Assembly (NCBI GenBank): GCA_043228905.1
Contig: JBHGNT010000091.1
Span: 29,905 to 93,904, forward strand
Reading direction: 5' to 3'
Length of the DNA: 64,000 nt
Origin: Azolla caroliniana
Lineage: Eukaryota; Plantae; Polypodiophyta
The notes below the pieces were generated by a model that searched no databases, was not told the origin of the DNA, and worked only from the letters and a program-made list of their open reading frames with translations. Shown in pieces: positions 14,001 to 29,200 of this stretch. The position numbers were made by a program, and so were the translations under genes. How positions within the stretch are numbered: the stretch's first letter is position 1; each line of letters starts with the position of its first letter.

Positions 14001-14400
14001 ACACGAGCCAGGTATGAACATTTTGATTTACTCAAGGGCTCCTCTCAACTCACTCCTCAAATTTGGTAATTTCGTCATGTATCTCGACCTGAGTTTCAAA
14101 ATCTTGATTTTTTAATTCCATTTCAGAGCTAGCGTTCTTAGCTTCGATTCGCATGTTTGAACACAAAACTCCGATATCACACGAGCCAGGTATGAACATT
14201 TTCATTTACTCAAGGGTTCTTCTCAACTCACTCCTCAAATTTGGTAATTTCGTCATGTCTCTCGACCTGAGTTTCAAAATCTTGATTTTTTAATTCCATA
14301 TCATAGCTAGCGTTGTTAGCTTCGATTCGCATGTTTGAACACAAAAATCCGATATCACACGAGCCAGGTATGAACTATTTAATTTACCTCCTAGCTCTTC
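11100..14400 (-). repeat. Tandem duplication of about 9 monomers (1602-bp period; ends approximate)
   Basis: The marker tcgcatattt occurs at 11301 and 12903. The downstream variants aaaatctgatatc, gagtcagg, catcatatctc, cctgcgttt and cgttcttagc recur in the same order. Confidence 0.8.
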
Positions 14401-17400
14401 TCAATTCACTCCTCAAATTTGGAAATTTCGTCATGTCTCTCGACCTGAGTTTCAAAATCTTGATTTTTTAATTCCATATCATAACTAGCGTTGCTAGCTT
14501 CGATTCGCATGTTTCAACACAAAAATCCGATATGACACGAGCCAGGTATGAACATTTTGATTTACTCAAGGGCTCCTCTCAACTCACCCCTCAAATTTGG
14601 TAAGTTCGTCATGTCTCTCGACCTGAGTTTAAAAATCTTGATTTTTTAATTCCATATCATAGGTAGTGTTAGCTTCGATTTGCATGTTTGAACACAAAAA
14701 TCCGATATGACACGAGCCAGGTATGAACATTTTAATTTACTCAAGGGCTCCTCTCAACTCACTCCCTAAATTTGGTAATTTCGTCGTGTCTGTCGACCTG
14801 AGTTTTAAAATCTTGATTTTTTAATTCCATATCATAGCTAGCGTTGTTAGCTTCGATTCGCATGTTTGAACACAGAAATCCGATATCACACGAGCCAGGT
14901 ATGAACATTTTAATTTACCTCCTAGCTCTTCTTAACTCACTCCTCAAATTTGGTAATTTCGTCATGTCTCTCGACCTGAGTTTCAAAATCTTGATTTTTT
15001 AATTCCATATCATAGCTAGCATTGTTAGCTTCGATTCGCATGTTTGAACACAGAAATCGGATATCACACGAGCAAGGTATGAACATTTTGATTTACTCAA
15101 GGGCTCCTCTCAACTCACTCCTCAAATTTGGTAATTTCGTCATGTCTGTCAACCTGAGTTTCAAAATCTTGATTTTTTAATTCCATATCATAACTAGCGT
15201 TGTTAGCTTCGATTCGCATGTTTGAACACAAAAATCCGATATGACACGAGCCAGGTATGAACATTTCGATTTACTCAAGGGCTCCTCTCAACTCACTCCT
15301 CAAATTTGGTAATTTCGTCATGTCTGTCGACCTGAGTTTCAAAATCTTGATTTTTTAATTCCATATCATAGCTAGCGTTGTTAGCTTCGATTCGCATGTT
15401 TGAACACAAAACTCCGATATCACACGAGCGAGGTATGAACATTTTCATTTACTCAAGGGCTACTCTCAACTCACTCCTCAAATTTGGAAATTTCGTTCAT
15501 GTCTCTCGACCTGAGTTTCAAAATCTTGATTTTTTAATTCCATATCATAGCTAGCGTTGTTAGCTTCGATTCGCATGTTTGAACACAAAACTCCGATATC
15601 ACACGAGCCAGGTATGAACATTTTCATTTATTCAAGGGCTCTTCTCAACTCACTCCTCAAATTTGGAAATTTCGTCATGTCTCTCGACCTGAGTTTCAAA
15701 ATCTTGATTTTTTAATTCCATATCATAGCTAGCGTTGTTAGCTTCGATTCGCATGTTTGAACACAAAAATCCGATATCACACGAGCCAGGTATGAACATT
15801 TTCCTTTACTCAAGGGCTCCTCTCCACTACTTCCTCAAGTTTGGTAATTTCGTCATGTCTCTCGACCTGAGTTTCAAAATCTTGATTTTTTAATTCCATA
15901 TCATAGCTAGCATTGTTAGTTTCGATTCGCATGTTTGAACACAGAAATCCGATATCACACGAGCAAGGTATGAACATTTTGATTTACTCAAGGGCTCCTC
16001 TCAACTCACTCCTCAAATTTGGTAATTTCGTCATGTCTCTCGACCTGAGTTTCAAAATCTTGATTTTTTAATTCCATATCATAGCTAGCGTTGTTAGCTT
16101 CGATTCGCATGTTTGAACACAAAAATCCGATATCACACGAGCCAGGTATGAACTATTTAATTTACCTCCTAGCTCTTCTCAACTCACTACTCAAATTTGG
16201 AAATTTCGTCATGTCTCTCGACCTGAGTTTCCAAATCTTGATTATTTAATTCCATATCATAGCTAGCATTGTTAGCTTCGATTCGCATGTTTGAACACAG
16301 AAATCCGATATCACACGAGCCAGGTATGAACATTTTGATTTACTCAAGGGCTCCTCTCAACTCACTACTCAAATTTGGTAATTTCGTCATGTCTGTCGAC
16401 CTGAGTTTCAAAATCTTGATTTTTTAATTCCATATCATAGGTAGTATTGTTAGCTTCGATTCGCATGTTTGAACACAAAAATCCGATATGACACGAGCCA
16501 GGTATGAACATTTTGATTTACTCAAGGGCTCCTCTCAACTCACTCCTCAAATTTGGAAATTTCGTCATGTCTCTCGACCTGAGTTTCAAAATCTTGATTT
16601 TTTAATTCCATATCATAGCTAGCGTTGTTAGCTTCGATTCGCATGTTTGAACACAAAACTCCGATATCACACGAGCCAGGTATGAAAATTTTCATTTATT
16701 CAAGGGCTCTTCTCAACTCACTCCTCAAATTTGGAAATTTCGTCATGTCTCTCGACCTGAGATTCAAAATCTTGATTTTTTAATTCCATATCATAACTCG
16801 CGTTGTTAGCTTCGATTCGCATGTTTGAACACAAAAATCCGATATCACACGAGCTAGGTATGAACTATTTAATTTACCTCCTAGCTCTTCTCAACTCACT
16901 CCTCAAATTTGGAAATTTTGTCATGTCTCTCGACCTGAGTTTCAAAATCTTGATTTTTTAATTCCATATAATAGCTAGCGCTGTTAGCTTCGATTCGCAT
17001 GTTTGAACACAAAACTCCGATATGACACGAGCCAGGTATGAACATTTTAATTTACTCAAGGGCTCCTCTCAACTCACTACTCAAATTTGGTAATTTCGTC
17101 ATGTCTGTGGACCTGAGTTTCAAAATCTTGATTATTTAATTCTATATCATAGCTAGCGTTGTTAGCTTCGATTCGCATGTTTGAACACAAAACTCCGATA
17201 TCACACGAGCCAGGTATGAACATTTTCATTTACTCAAGGGCTCTTCTCAACTCACTCCTCAAATTTGGTAATTTCGTCATGTCTGTCGATCTGAGTTTCA
17301 AAATCTTGATTTTTTAATTCCATATCATAACTAGCGTTGTTAGCTTCGATTCGCAAGTTTGAACACAAAAATCCGATATCACACGAGCTAGGTATGAACA

Positions 17401-20400
17401 TTTTCGTTTACCCACTAGCTGCTCTCAACTCACTCCTCAAATTTGGTAATTTCGTCATGTCTGTCGACCTGAGTTTCAAAATCTTGATTTTTTAATTCCA
17501 TATCATAACTAGCATTGTTAGCTTCGATTCGCATGTTTGAACACAAAAATCCGATATGACACGAGCCAGGTATGAACATTTTGATTTACTCAAGGGCTCC
17601 TCTCAACTCACTCCTCAAATTTGGAAATTTTGTCATGTCTCTCGACCTGAGTTTCAAAATCTTGATTTCTTAATTCCATATCATAGCTAGCGCTGTTAGC
17701 TTCGATTCGCATGTTTGAACACAAAAATCCGATATGACACGAGCCAGGTATGAACATTTTAATTTACTCAAGGGCTCCTCTCAACTCACTACTCAAATTT
17801 GGTAATTTCGTCATGTCTGTCAACCTGAGTTTGAAAATCTTGATTTTTTAATTCCCCATCATAGCTAGCGTTGGTAGCTTCGATTCGCATGTTTGAACAC
17901 AAAAATCCGATATCACACGAGCCAGGTATGAACATTTTGATTTACTCAAGGGCTCCTCTCCACTACTTCCTCAAGTTTGCTAATTTCGTCATCTCTCTCG
18001 ACCTGAGTTTCAAAATCTTGATTTTTTAATTCCATATCATAGGTAGGGTTGTTAGCTTCGATTTGCATGTTTGAACACAAAAATCCGATATGACACGAGC
18101 CACGTATGAACATTTTAATTTACTCAAGGGCTCCTCTCAACTCACTCCTCAAATATGGTAATTTCGTCGTGTCTGTCGACCTGAGTTTTAAAATCTTGAT
18201 TTTTTAATTCTATATCATAGCTAGCGTTGTTAGCTTCGATTCGCATGTTTGAACACAAAAATCCGATATGACACGAGCCAGGTATGAACATTTTAATTTA
18301 CCTCCTAGCTCTTCTGAACTCACTCCTCAAATTTTGTAATTTCGTCATGTCTCTCGACCTGAGTTTCAAAATCATGATTTTTTAATTCCCCATCATAGGT
18401 AGCGTTGTTAGCTTCGATTCGCATGATTGAAAACAAAAATATGATATGACACGAGTCAGGTATGAATATTTTAATTTACTCAAGGGCTCCTCTCAACTCA
18501 CTCCTCAAATTTGGTAATTTCGTCATGTCTGTCAACCTGAGTTTCAAAATCTTGATTTTTTAATTCCATATCATAACTAGCGTTGTTAGCTTCGATTCGC
18601 ATGTTTGAACACAAAAATCCGATATGACACGAGCCAGGTATGAACATTTTGATTTACTCAAGGGCTCCTCTCAACTCACCCCTCAAATTTGGTAAGTTCG
18701 TCATGTCTCTCGACCTGAGTTTCAAAATCTTGATTTTTTAATTCCATATCATAGCTAGCGTTGTTAGCTTCGATTCGCATGTTTGAACACAAAAATCCGA
18801 TATCACACGAGCCAGGTATGAACATTTTCCTTTACTCAAGGGCTCTTCTCAACTCACTCCTCAAATTGTGTAATTTCGTCATGTCTCTCGACCTGAGTTT
18901 CAAAATCTTGATTTTTTAATTCCATATCATAGCTAGCATTGTTAGCTTCGATTCGCATGTTTGAACACAGAAATCCGATATCACACGAGCATGGTATGAA
19001 CATTTTGATTTACTCAAGGGCTCCTCTCAACTCACTCCTCAAATTTGGTAATTTCTTCATGTCTGTCAACCTGAGTTTCAAAATCTTGATTTTTTAATTC
19101 CATATCATAACTAGCGTTGTTAGCTTCGATTCGCATGTTTGAACACAAAAATCCGATATGACACGAGCCAGGTATGAACATTTCGATTTACTCAAGGGCT
19201 CCTCTCAACTCACTCCTCAAATTTGGTAATTTCGTCATGTCTGTCGACCTGAGTTTCAAAATCTTGATTTTTTAATTCCATATCATAGCTAGCGTTGTTA
19301 GCTTCGATTCGCATGTTTGAACACAAAACTCCGATATCACACGAGCGAGGTATGAACATTTTCATTTACTCAAGGGCTACTCTCAACTCACTCCTCAAAT
19401 TTGGAAATTTCGTTCATGTCTCTCGACCTGAGTTTCAAAATCTTGATTTTTTAATTCCATATCATAGCTAGCGTTGTTAGCTTCGATTCGCATGTTTGAA
19501 CACAAAACTCCGATATCACACGAGCCAGGTATGAACATTTTCATTTATTCAAGGGCTCTTCTCAACTCACTCCTCAAATTTGGAAATTTCGTCATGTCTC
19601 TCGACCTGAGTTTCAAAATCTTGATTTTTTAATTCCATATCATAGCTAGCGTTGTTAGCTTCGATTCGCATGTTTGAACACAAAAATCCGATAGGACACG
19701 AGCCAGGTATGAACATTTTGATTTACTCAAGGGCTCCTCTCAACTCAATCCTCAAATTTGGTAATTTCGTCATGTATCTCGACCTGAGTTTCAAAATCTT
19801 GATTTTTTAATTCCATTTCAGAGCTAGCGTTGTTAGCTTCGATTCGCATGTTTGAACACAAAACTCCGATATCACACGAGCCAGGTATGAACATTTTCAT
19901 TTACTCAAGGGTTCTTCTCAACTCACTCCTCAAATTTGGTAATTTCGTCATGTCTGTCGACCTGAGTTTCAAAATCTTGATTTTTTAATTCCATATCATA
20001 GCTAGCGTTGTTAGCTTCGATTCGCATGTTTGAACACAAAAATCCGATATCACACGAGCCAGGTATGAACTATTTAATTTACCTCCTAGCTCTTCTCAAC
20101 TCACTCCTCAAATTTGGAAATTTCGTCATGTCTCTCGACCTGAGTTTCCAAATCTTGATTATTTAATTCCATATCATAGCTAGCATTGTTAGCTTCGATT
20201 CGCATGTTTGAACACAGAAATCCGATATCACACGAGCCAGGTATGAACATTTTGATTTACTCAAGGGCTCCTCTCAACTCACTACTCAAATTTGGTAATT
20301 TCGTCATGTCTGTCGACCTGAGTTTCAAAATCTTGATTTTTTAATTCCATATCATAGATAGTATTGTTAGCTTCGATTCGCATGTTTGAACACAAAAATC

Positions 20401-23349
20401 CGATATGACACGAGCCAGGTATGAACATTTTGATTTACTCAAGGGCTCCTCTCAACTCACTCCTCAAATTTGGAAATTTCGTCATGTCTCTCGACCTGAG
20501 TTTCAAAATCTTGATTTTTTAATTCCATATCATAGCTAGCGTTGTTAGCTTCGATTCGCATGTTTGAACACAAAACTCCGATATCACACGAGCCAGGTAT
20601 GAACATTTTCATTTACTCAAGGGCTCCTCTCAACTCACTCCTCAAATTTGGAAATTTTGTCATGTCTCTCGACCTGAGTTTCAAAATCTTGATTTTTTAA
20701 TTCCATATAATAGCTAGCGCTGTTAGCTTCGATTCGCATGTTTGAACACAAAACTCCGATATGACACGAGCCAGGTATGAACATTTTAATTTACTCAAGG
20801 GCTCCTCTCAACTCACTACTCAAATTTGGTAATTTCGTCATGTCTGTCGACCTGAGTTTCAAAATCTTGATTTTTTAATTCCATATCATAGCTAGCGTTG
20901 TTAGCTTCGATTCGCATGTTTGAACACAAAACTCCGATATCACACGAGCCAGGTATGAACATTTTCATTTACTCAAGGGCTCTTCTCAACTCACTCCTCA
21001 AATTTGGTAATTTCTTCATGTCTCTCGACCTGAGTTTCAAAATCTTGATTTTTTAATTCCATATCATAACTAGCGTTGTTAGCTTCGATTCGCAAGTTTG
21101 AACACAAAAATCCGATATCACACGAGCTAGGTATGAACATTTTCGTTTACCCACTAGCTGCTCTCAACTCACTCCTCAAATTTGGTAATTTCGTCATGTC
21201 TGTCGACCTGAGTTTCAAAATCTTGATTTTTTAATTCCATATCATAACTAGCATTGTTAGCTTCGATTCGCATGTTTGAACACAAAAATCCGATATGACA
21301 CGAGCCAGGTATGAACATTTTGATTTACTCAAGGGCTCCTCTCAACTCACTCCTCAAATTTGGAAATTTTGTCATGTCTCTCGACCTGAGTTTCAAAATC
21401 TTGATTTCTTAATTCCATATAATAGCTAGCGCTGTTAGCTTCGATTCGCATGTTTGAACACAAAAATCCGATATGACACGAGCCAGGTATGAACATTTTA
21501 ATTTACTCAAGGGCTCCTCTCAACTCACTACTCAAATTTGGTAATTTCGTCATGTCTGTCAACCTGAGTTTGAAAATCTTGATTTTTTAATTCCCCATCA
21601 TAGCTAGCGTTGGTAGCTTCGATTCGCATGTTTGAACACAAAAATCCGATATCACACGAGCCAGGTATGAACATTTTGATTTACTCAAGGGCTCCTCTCC
21701 ACTACTTCCTCAAGTTTGCTAATTTCGTCATCTCTCTCGACCTGAGTTTCAAAATCTTGATTTTTTAATTCCATATCATAGGTAGGGTTGTTAGCTTCGA
21801 TTTGCATGTTTGAACACAAAAATCCGATATGACACGAGCCAGGTATGAACATTTTAATTTACTCAAGGGCTCCTCTCAACTCACTCCTCAAATATGGTAA
21901 TTTCGTCGTGTCTATCGACCTGAGTTTTAAAATCTTGATTTTTTAATTCCATATCATAGCTAGCGTTGTTAGCTTCGATTCGCATGTTTGAACACAGAAA
22001 TCCGATATCACACGAGCCAGGTATGAACATTTTAATTTACCTCCTAGCTCTTCTTAACTCACTCCTCAAATTTGGAAATTTCGTCATGTCTCTCGACCTG
22101 AGTTTCAAAATCTTGATTTTTTAATTCCATATAATAGCTAGCGTTGTTAGCTTCGATTCGCATGTTTGAACACAAAAGTCCGATATGACACGAGCCAGGT
22201 ATGAACATTTTAATTTACTCAAGGGCTCCTCTCAACTCACTACTCAAATTTGGTAATTTCGTCATGTCCGTCGACCTGAGTTTCAAAATCTTGATTTTTT
22301 AATTCCATATCATAGGTAGCGTTGTTAGCTTCGATTCGCATGTTTGAACACAAAACTCCGATATCACACGAGCCAGGTATGAACATTTTCATTTACTCAG
22401 GGGCTCTTCTCAAGTCACTCCTCAAATTTGGTAATTTCGTCATGTCTGTCGACCTGAGATTCAAAATCTTGATTTTTTAATTCCATATCATAACTAGCGT
22501 TGTTAGCTTCGATTCGCATGTTTGAACACAAAAATCCGATATCACACGAGCTAGGTATGAACATTTTCGTTTACCCACTAGCTCGTCTTAACTCACTCCT
22601 CAAATTTGGTAATTTCATCATGTCTCTCGACCTGAGTTTCTAAATCTTGATTTCTTAATTCCATATCATAGCTAGGGTTGTTAGCTTCGATTCGCATGTT
22701 TGAACACAAAAATCCGATATCACACGTGCCAGGTATGAACATTTTAATTTACTGAAGGGCTCCTCTCAACTCACTCCTCAAATTTGGTAATTTCTTCATG
22801 TCTCTCGACCTGAGTTTCAAAATCTTGATTTTATAAATCCATATCATAGCTAGCATTGTTAGCTTCGATTCGCATGTTTGAACACAAAAATCCGATATCA
22901 CACGAGCCAGGTATGAACTATTTAATTTACCTCCTAGCTCTTCTCAACTCACTTCTCAAATTTGGAAATTTTGTCATGTCTCTCGACCTGAGTTTCAAAA
23001 TCTTGATTTCTTAATTCCATATAATAGCTAGCGCTGTTAGCTTCGATTCGCATGTTTGAACACAAAAATCCGATATGACACGAGCCAGGTATGAACATTT
23101 TAATTTACTCAAGGGCTCCTCTCAACTCACTACTCAAATTTGGTAATTTCGTCATGTCTGTCGACCTGAGTTTCAAAATCTTGATTTTTTAATTCCATAT
23201 AATAGCTAGCGCTGTTAGCTTCGATTCGCATGTTTGAACACAAAAGTCCGATATGACACGAGCCAGGTATGAACATTTTAATTTACTCAAGGGCTCCTCT
23301 CAACTCACTACTCAAATTTGGTAATTTCGTCATGTCCGTCGACCTGAGT

Positions 23350-26250
23350 TTCAAAATCTTGATTTTTTAATTCCATATCATAGCTAGCGTTGTTAGCTTC
23401 GATTCGCATGTTTGAACACAAAACTCCGATATCACACGAGCCAGGTATGAACATTTTCATTTACTCAGGGGCTCTTCTCAACTCACTCCTCAAATTTGGT
23501 AATTTCGTCATGTCTGTCGACCTGAGATTCAAAATCTTGATTTTTTAATTCCATATCATAACTAGCGTTGTTAGCTTCGATTCGCATGTTTGAACACAAA
23601 AATCCGATATCACACGAGCTAGGTATGAACATTTTCGTTTACCCACTAGCTCGTCTTAACTCACTCCTCAAATTTGGTAATTTCATCATGTCTGTCGACC
23701 TGAGTTTCAAAATCTTGATTTTTTAATTCCATATCATAGCTAGCGTTGTTAGCTTCGATTCGCATGTTTGAACACAAAACTCCGATATCACACGAGCCAG
23801 GTATGAACATTTTGATTTACTCAAGGGCTACTCTCAACTCACTCCTCAAATTTGGAAATTTCGTCATGTCTCTCGACCTGAGTTTCAAAATCTTGATTTT
23901 TTAATTCCATATCATAGCTAGCGTTGTTAGCTTCGATTCGCATGTTTGAACACAAAACTCCGATATCACACGAGCCAGGTATGAACATTTTCATTTATTC
24001 AAGGGCTCTTCTCAACTCACTCCTCAAATTTGGAAATTTCGTCATGTCTCTCGACCTGAGTTTCAAAATCTTGATTTTTTAATTTCATATCATAGCTAGC
24101 GTTGTTAGCTTCGATTCGCATGTTTGAAAACAAAAATCCGATAGGACACGAGCCAGGTATGAACATTTTGATTTACTCAAGGGCTCCTCTCAACTCAATC
24201 CTCAAATTTGGTAATTTCGTCATGTATCTCGACCTGAGTTTCAATATCTTGATTTTTTGATTCCATTTCAGAGCTAGCGTTGTTAGCTTCGATTCGCATG
24301 TTTGAACACAAAACTCCGATATCACACGAGCCAGGTATGAACATTTTCATTTACTCAAGGGTTCTTCTCAACTCACTCCTCAAATTTGGTAATTTCGTCA
24401 TGTCTGTCGACCTGAGTTTCAAAATCTTGATTTTTTAATTCCATATCATAGCTAGCATTGTTAGCTTCGATTCGCATGTTTGAACACAGAAATCCGATAT
24501 CACACGAGCAAGGTATGAACATTTTGATTTACTCAAGGGCTCCTCTCAACTCACTCCTCAAATTTGGTAATTTCGTCATGTCTGTCAACCTGAGTTTCAA
24601 AATCTTGATTTTTTAATTCCATATCATAACTAGCGTTGTTAGCTTCGATTCGCATGTTTGAACACAAAAATCCGATATGACACGAGCCAGGTATGAACAT
24701 TTTGATTTACTCAAGGGCTCCTCTCAACTCACCCCTCAAATTTGGTAAGTTCGTCATGTCTCTCGACCTGAGTTTCAAAATCTTGATTTTTTAATTCCAT
24801 ATCATAGCTAGCGTTGTTAGCTTCGATTCGCATGTTTGAACACAAAACTCCGATATCACACGAGCCAGGTATGAACATTTTCATTTACTCAGGGGCTCTT
24901 CTCAACTCACTCCTCAAATTTGGTAATTTCGTCATGTCTGTCGACCTGAGATTCAAAATCTTGATTTTTTAATTCCATATCATAACTAGCGTTGTTAGCT
25001 TCGATTCGCATGTTTGAACACAAAAATCCGATATCAGACGAGCTAGGTATGAACATTTTCGTTTACCCACTAGCTCGTCTTAACTCACTCCTCAAATTTG
25101 GTAATTTCATCATGTCTGTCGACCTGAGTTTCAAAATCTTGATTTTTTAATTCCATATCATAGCTAGCGTTGTTAGCTTCGATTCGCATGTTTGAACACA
25201 AAACTCCGATATCACACGAGCCAGGTATGAACATTTTGATTTACTCAAGGGCTACTCTCAACTCACTCCTCAAATTTGGAAATTTCGTCATGTCTCTCGA
25301 CCTGAGTTTCAAAATCTTGATTTTTTAATTCCATATCATAGCTAGCGTTGTTAGCTTCGATTCGCATGTTTGAACACAAAACTCCGATATCACACGAGCC
25401 AGGTATGAACATTTTCATTTATTCAAGGGCTCTTCTCAACTCACTCCTCAAATTTGGAAATTTCGTCATGTCTCTCGACCTGAGTTTCAAAATCTTGATT
25501 TTTTAATTCCATATCATAGCTAGCGTTGTTAGCTTCGATTCGCATGTTTGAAAACAAAAATCCGATAGGACACGAGCCAGGTATGAACATTTTGATTTAC
25601 TCAAGGGCTCCTCTCAACTCAATCCTCAAATTTGGTAATTTCGTCATGTATCTCGACCTGAGTTTCAAAATCTTGATTTTTTGATTCCATTTCAGAGCTA
25701 GCGTTGTTAGCTTCGATTCGCATGTTTGAACACAAAACTCCGATATCACACGAGCCAGGTATGAACATTTTCATTTACTCAAGGGTTCTTCTCAACTCAC
25801 TCCTCAAATTTGGTAATTTCGTCATGTCTGTCGACCTGAGTTTCAAAATCTTGATTTTTTAATTCCATATCATAGCTAGCATTGTTAGCTTCGATTCGCA
25901 TGTTTGAACACAGAAATCCGATATCACACGAGCAAGGTATGAACATTTTGATTTACTCAAGGGCTCCTCTCAACTCACTCCTCAAATTTGGTAATTTCGT
26001 CATGTCTGTCAACCTGAGTTTCAAAATCTTGATTTTTTAATTCCATATCATAACTAGCGTTGTTAGCTTCGATTCGCATGTTTGAACACAAAAATCCGAT
26101 ATGACAGGAGCCAGGTATGAACATTTTGATTTACTCAAGGGCTCCTCTCAACTCACCCCTCAAATTTGGTAAGTTCGTCATGTCTCTCGACCTGAGTTTC
26201 AAAATCTTGATTTTTTAATTCCATATCATAGCTAGCGTTGTTAGCTTCGA
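23350..26250 (-). repeat. Tandem duplication of about 8 monomers (1424-bp period; ends approximate)
   Basis: cctgagattc occurs at 23521 and 24945. The variants gggctactc, tttgaaaacaa, gataggac, ttttgattccatttcaga and cacccctc recur in the same order. Confidence 0.8.
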
Positions 26251-29200
26251 TTCGCATGTTTGAACACAAAAATCCGATATCACACGAGCCAGGTATGAAC
26301 ATTTTCCTTTACTCAAGGGCTCCTCTCCACTACTTCCTCAAGTTTGGTAATTTCGTCATGTCTCTCGACCTGAGTTTCAAAATCTTGATTTTTTAATTCC
26401 ATATCATAGCTAGCATTGTTAGTTTCGATTCGCATGTTTGAACACAGAAATCGGATATCACACGAGCAAGGTATGAACATTTTGATTTACTCAAGGGCTC
26501 CTCTCAACTCACTCCTCAAATTTGGTAATTTCGTCATGTCTCTCGACCTGAGTTTCAAAATCTTGATTTTTTAATTCCATATCATAGCTAGCGTTGTTAG
26601 CTTCGATTCGCATGTTTGAACACAAAAATCCGATAGGACACGAGCCAGGTATGAACATTTTAATTTACTCAAGGGCTCCTCTCAACTCAATCCTCAAATT
26701 TGGTAATTTCGTCATGTATCTCGACCTGAGTTTCAAAATCTTGATTTTTTAATTCCATTTCAGAGCTAGCGTTGTTAGCTTCGATTCGCATGTTTGAACA
26801 CAAAACTCCGATATCACACGAGCCAGGTATGAACATTTTCATTTACTCAAGGGTTCTTCTCAACTCACTCCTCAAATTTGGTAATTTCGTCATGTCTGTC
26901 GACCTGAGTTTCAAAATCTTGATTTTTTAATTCCATATCATAGCTAGCGTTGTTAGCTTCGATTCGCATGTTTGAACACAAAAATCCGATATCACACGAG
27001 CCAGGTATGAACTATTTAATTTACCTCCTAGCTCTTCTCAACTCACTCCTCAAATTTGGAAATTTCGTCATGTCTCTCGACCTGAGTTTCAAAATCTTGA
27101 TTTTTTAATTCCATATCATAGCTAGCATTGTTAGCTTCGATTCGCATATTTGAACACAGAAATCCGATATCACACGAGTCAGGTATGAACATTTTGATTT
27201 ACTCAAGGGCTCCTCTCAACTCACTACTCAAATTTGGTAATTTCGTCATGTCTGTCGACCTGAGTTTCAGAATCTTGATTTTTTAATTCCATATCATAGG
27301 TAGTATTGTTAGCTTCGATTCGCATGTTTGAACACAAAAATCCGATATGACACGAGCCAGGTATGAACATTTTCATTTACTCAAGGGCTCCTCTCAACTC
27401 ACTCCTCAAATTTGGTAATTTCGTCATATCTCTCGACCTGAGTTTCAAAATCTTGATTTTTTAATTCCATATCATAGCTAGCGTTGTTAGCTTCGATTCG
27501 CATGTTTGAACACAAAACTCTGATATCACACGAGCCAGGTATGAACATTTTCATTTACTCAAGGGCTCTTCTCAACTCACTCCTCAAATTTGGAAATTTC
27601 GTCATGTCTCTCGACCTGCGTTTCAAAATCTTGATTTTTTAATTCCATATCATAGCTAGCATTGTTAGCTTCGATTCGCATGTTTGAACACAAAAATCCG
27701 ATATGACACGAGCCAGGTATGAACATTTTGATTTACTCAAGGGCTCCTCTCAACTCACTCCTCAAATTTGGTAATTTCGTCATGTATCTCGACCTGAGTT
27801 TCAAAATCTTGATTATTTAATTCCATTTCAGAGCTAGCGTTCTTAGCTTCGATTCGCATGTTTGAACACAAAACTCCGATATCACACGAGCCAGGTATGA
27901 ACATTTTCATTTACTCAAGGGTTCTTCTCAACTCACTCCTCAAATTTGGTAATTTCGTCATGTCTGTCGACCTGAGTTTCAAAATCTTGATTTTTTAATT
28001 CCATATCATAGCTAGCGTTGTTAGCTTCGATTCGCATGTTTGAACACAAAAATCCGATATCACACGAGCCAGGTATGAACTATTTAATTTACCTCCTAGC
28101 TCTTCTCAATTCACTCCTCAAATTTGGAAATTTCGTCATGTCTCTCGACCTGAGTTTCAAAATCTTGATTTTTTAATTCCATATCATAACTAGCGTTGCT
28201 AGCTTCGATTCGCATGTTTGAACACAAAAATCCGATATGACACGAGCCAGGTATGAACATTTTGATTTACTCAAGGGCTCCTCTCAACTCACCCCTCAAA
28301 TTTGGTAAGTTCGTCATGTCTCTCGACCTGAGTTTAAAAATCTTGATTTTTTAATTCCATATCATAGGTAGTGTTGTTAGCTTCGATTTGCATGTTTGAA
28401 CACAAAAATCCGATATGACACGAGCCAGGTATGAACATTTTAATTTACTCAAGGGCTCCTCTCAACTCACTCCCTAAATTTGGTAATTTCGTCGTGTCTG
28501 TCGACCTGAGTTTTAAAATCTTGATTTTTTAATTCCATATCATAGCTAGCGTTGTTAGCTTCGATTCGCATGTTTGAACACAGAAATCCGATATCACACG
28601 AGCCAGGTATGAACATTTTAATTTACCTCCTAGCTCTTCTTAACTCACTCCTCAAATTTGGTAATTTCGTCATGTCTCTCGACCTGAGTTTCAAAATCTT
28701 GATTTTTTAATTCCATATCATAGCTAGCATTGTTAGCTTCGATTCGCATGTTTGAACACAGAAATCGGATATCACACGAGCAAGGTATGAACATTTTGAT
28801 TTACTCAAGGGCTCCTCTCAACTCACTCCTCAAATTTGGTAATTTCGTCATGTCTGTCAAGCTGAGTTTCAAAATCTTGATTTTTTAATTCCATATCATA
28901 ACTAGCGTTGTTAGCTGCGATTCGCATGTTTGAACACAAAAATCCGATATGACACGAGCCAGGTATGAACATTTCGATTTACTCAAGGGCTCCTCTCAAC
29001 TCACTCCTCAAATTTGGTAATTTCGTCATGTCCGTCGACCTGAGTTTCAAAATCTTGATTTTTTAATTCCATATCATAGCTAGCGTTGTTAGCTTCGATT
29101 CGCATGTTTGAACACAAAACTCCGATATCACACGAGCGAGGTATGAACATTTTCATTTACTCAAGGGCTACTCTCAACTCACTCCTCAAATTTGGAAATT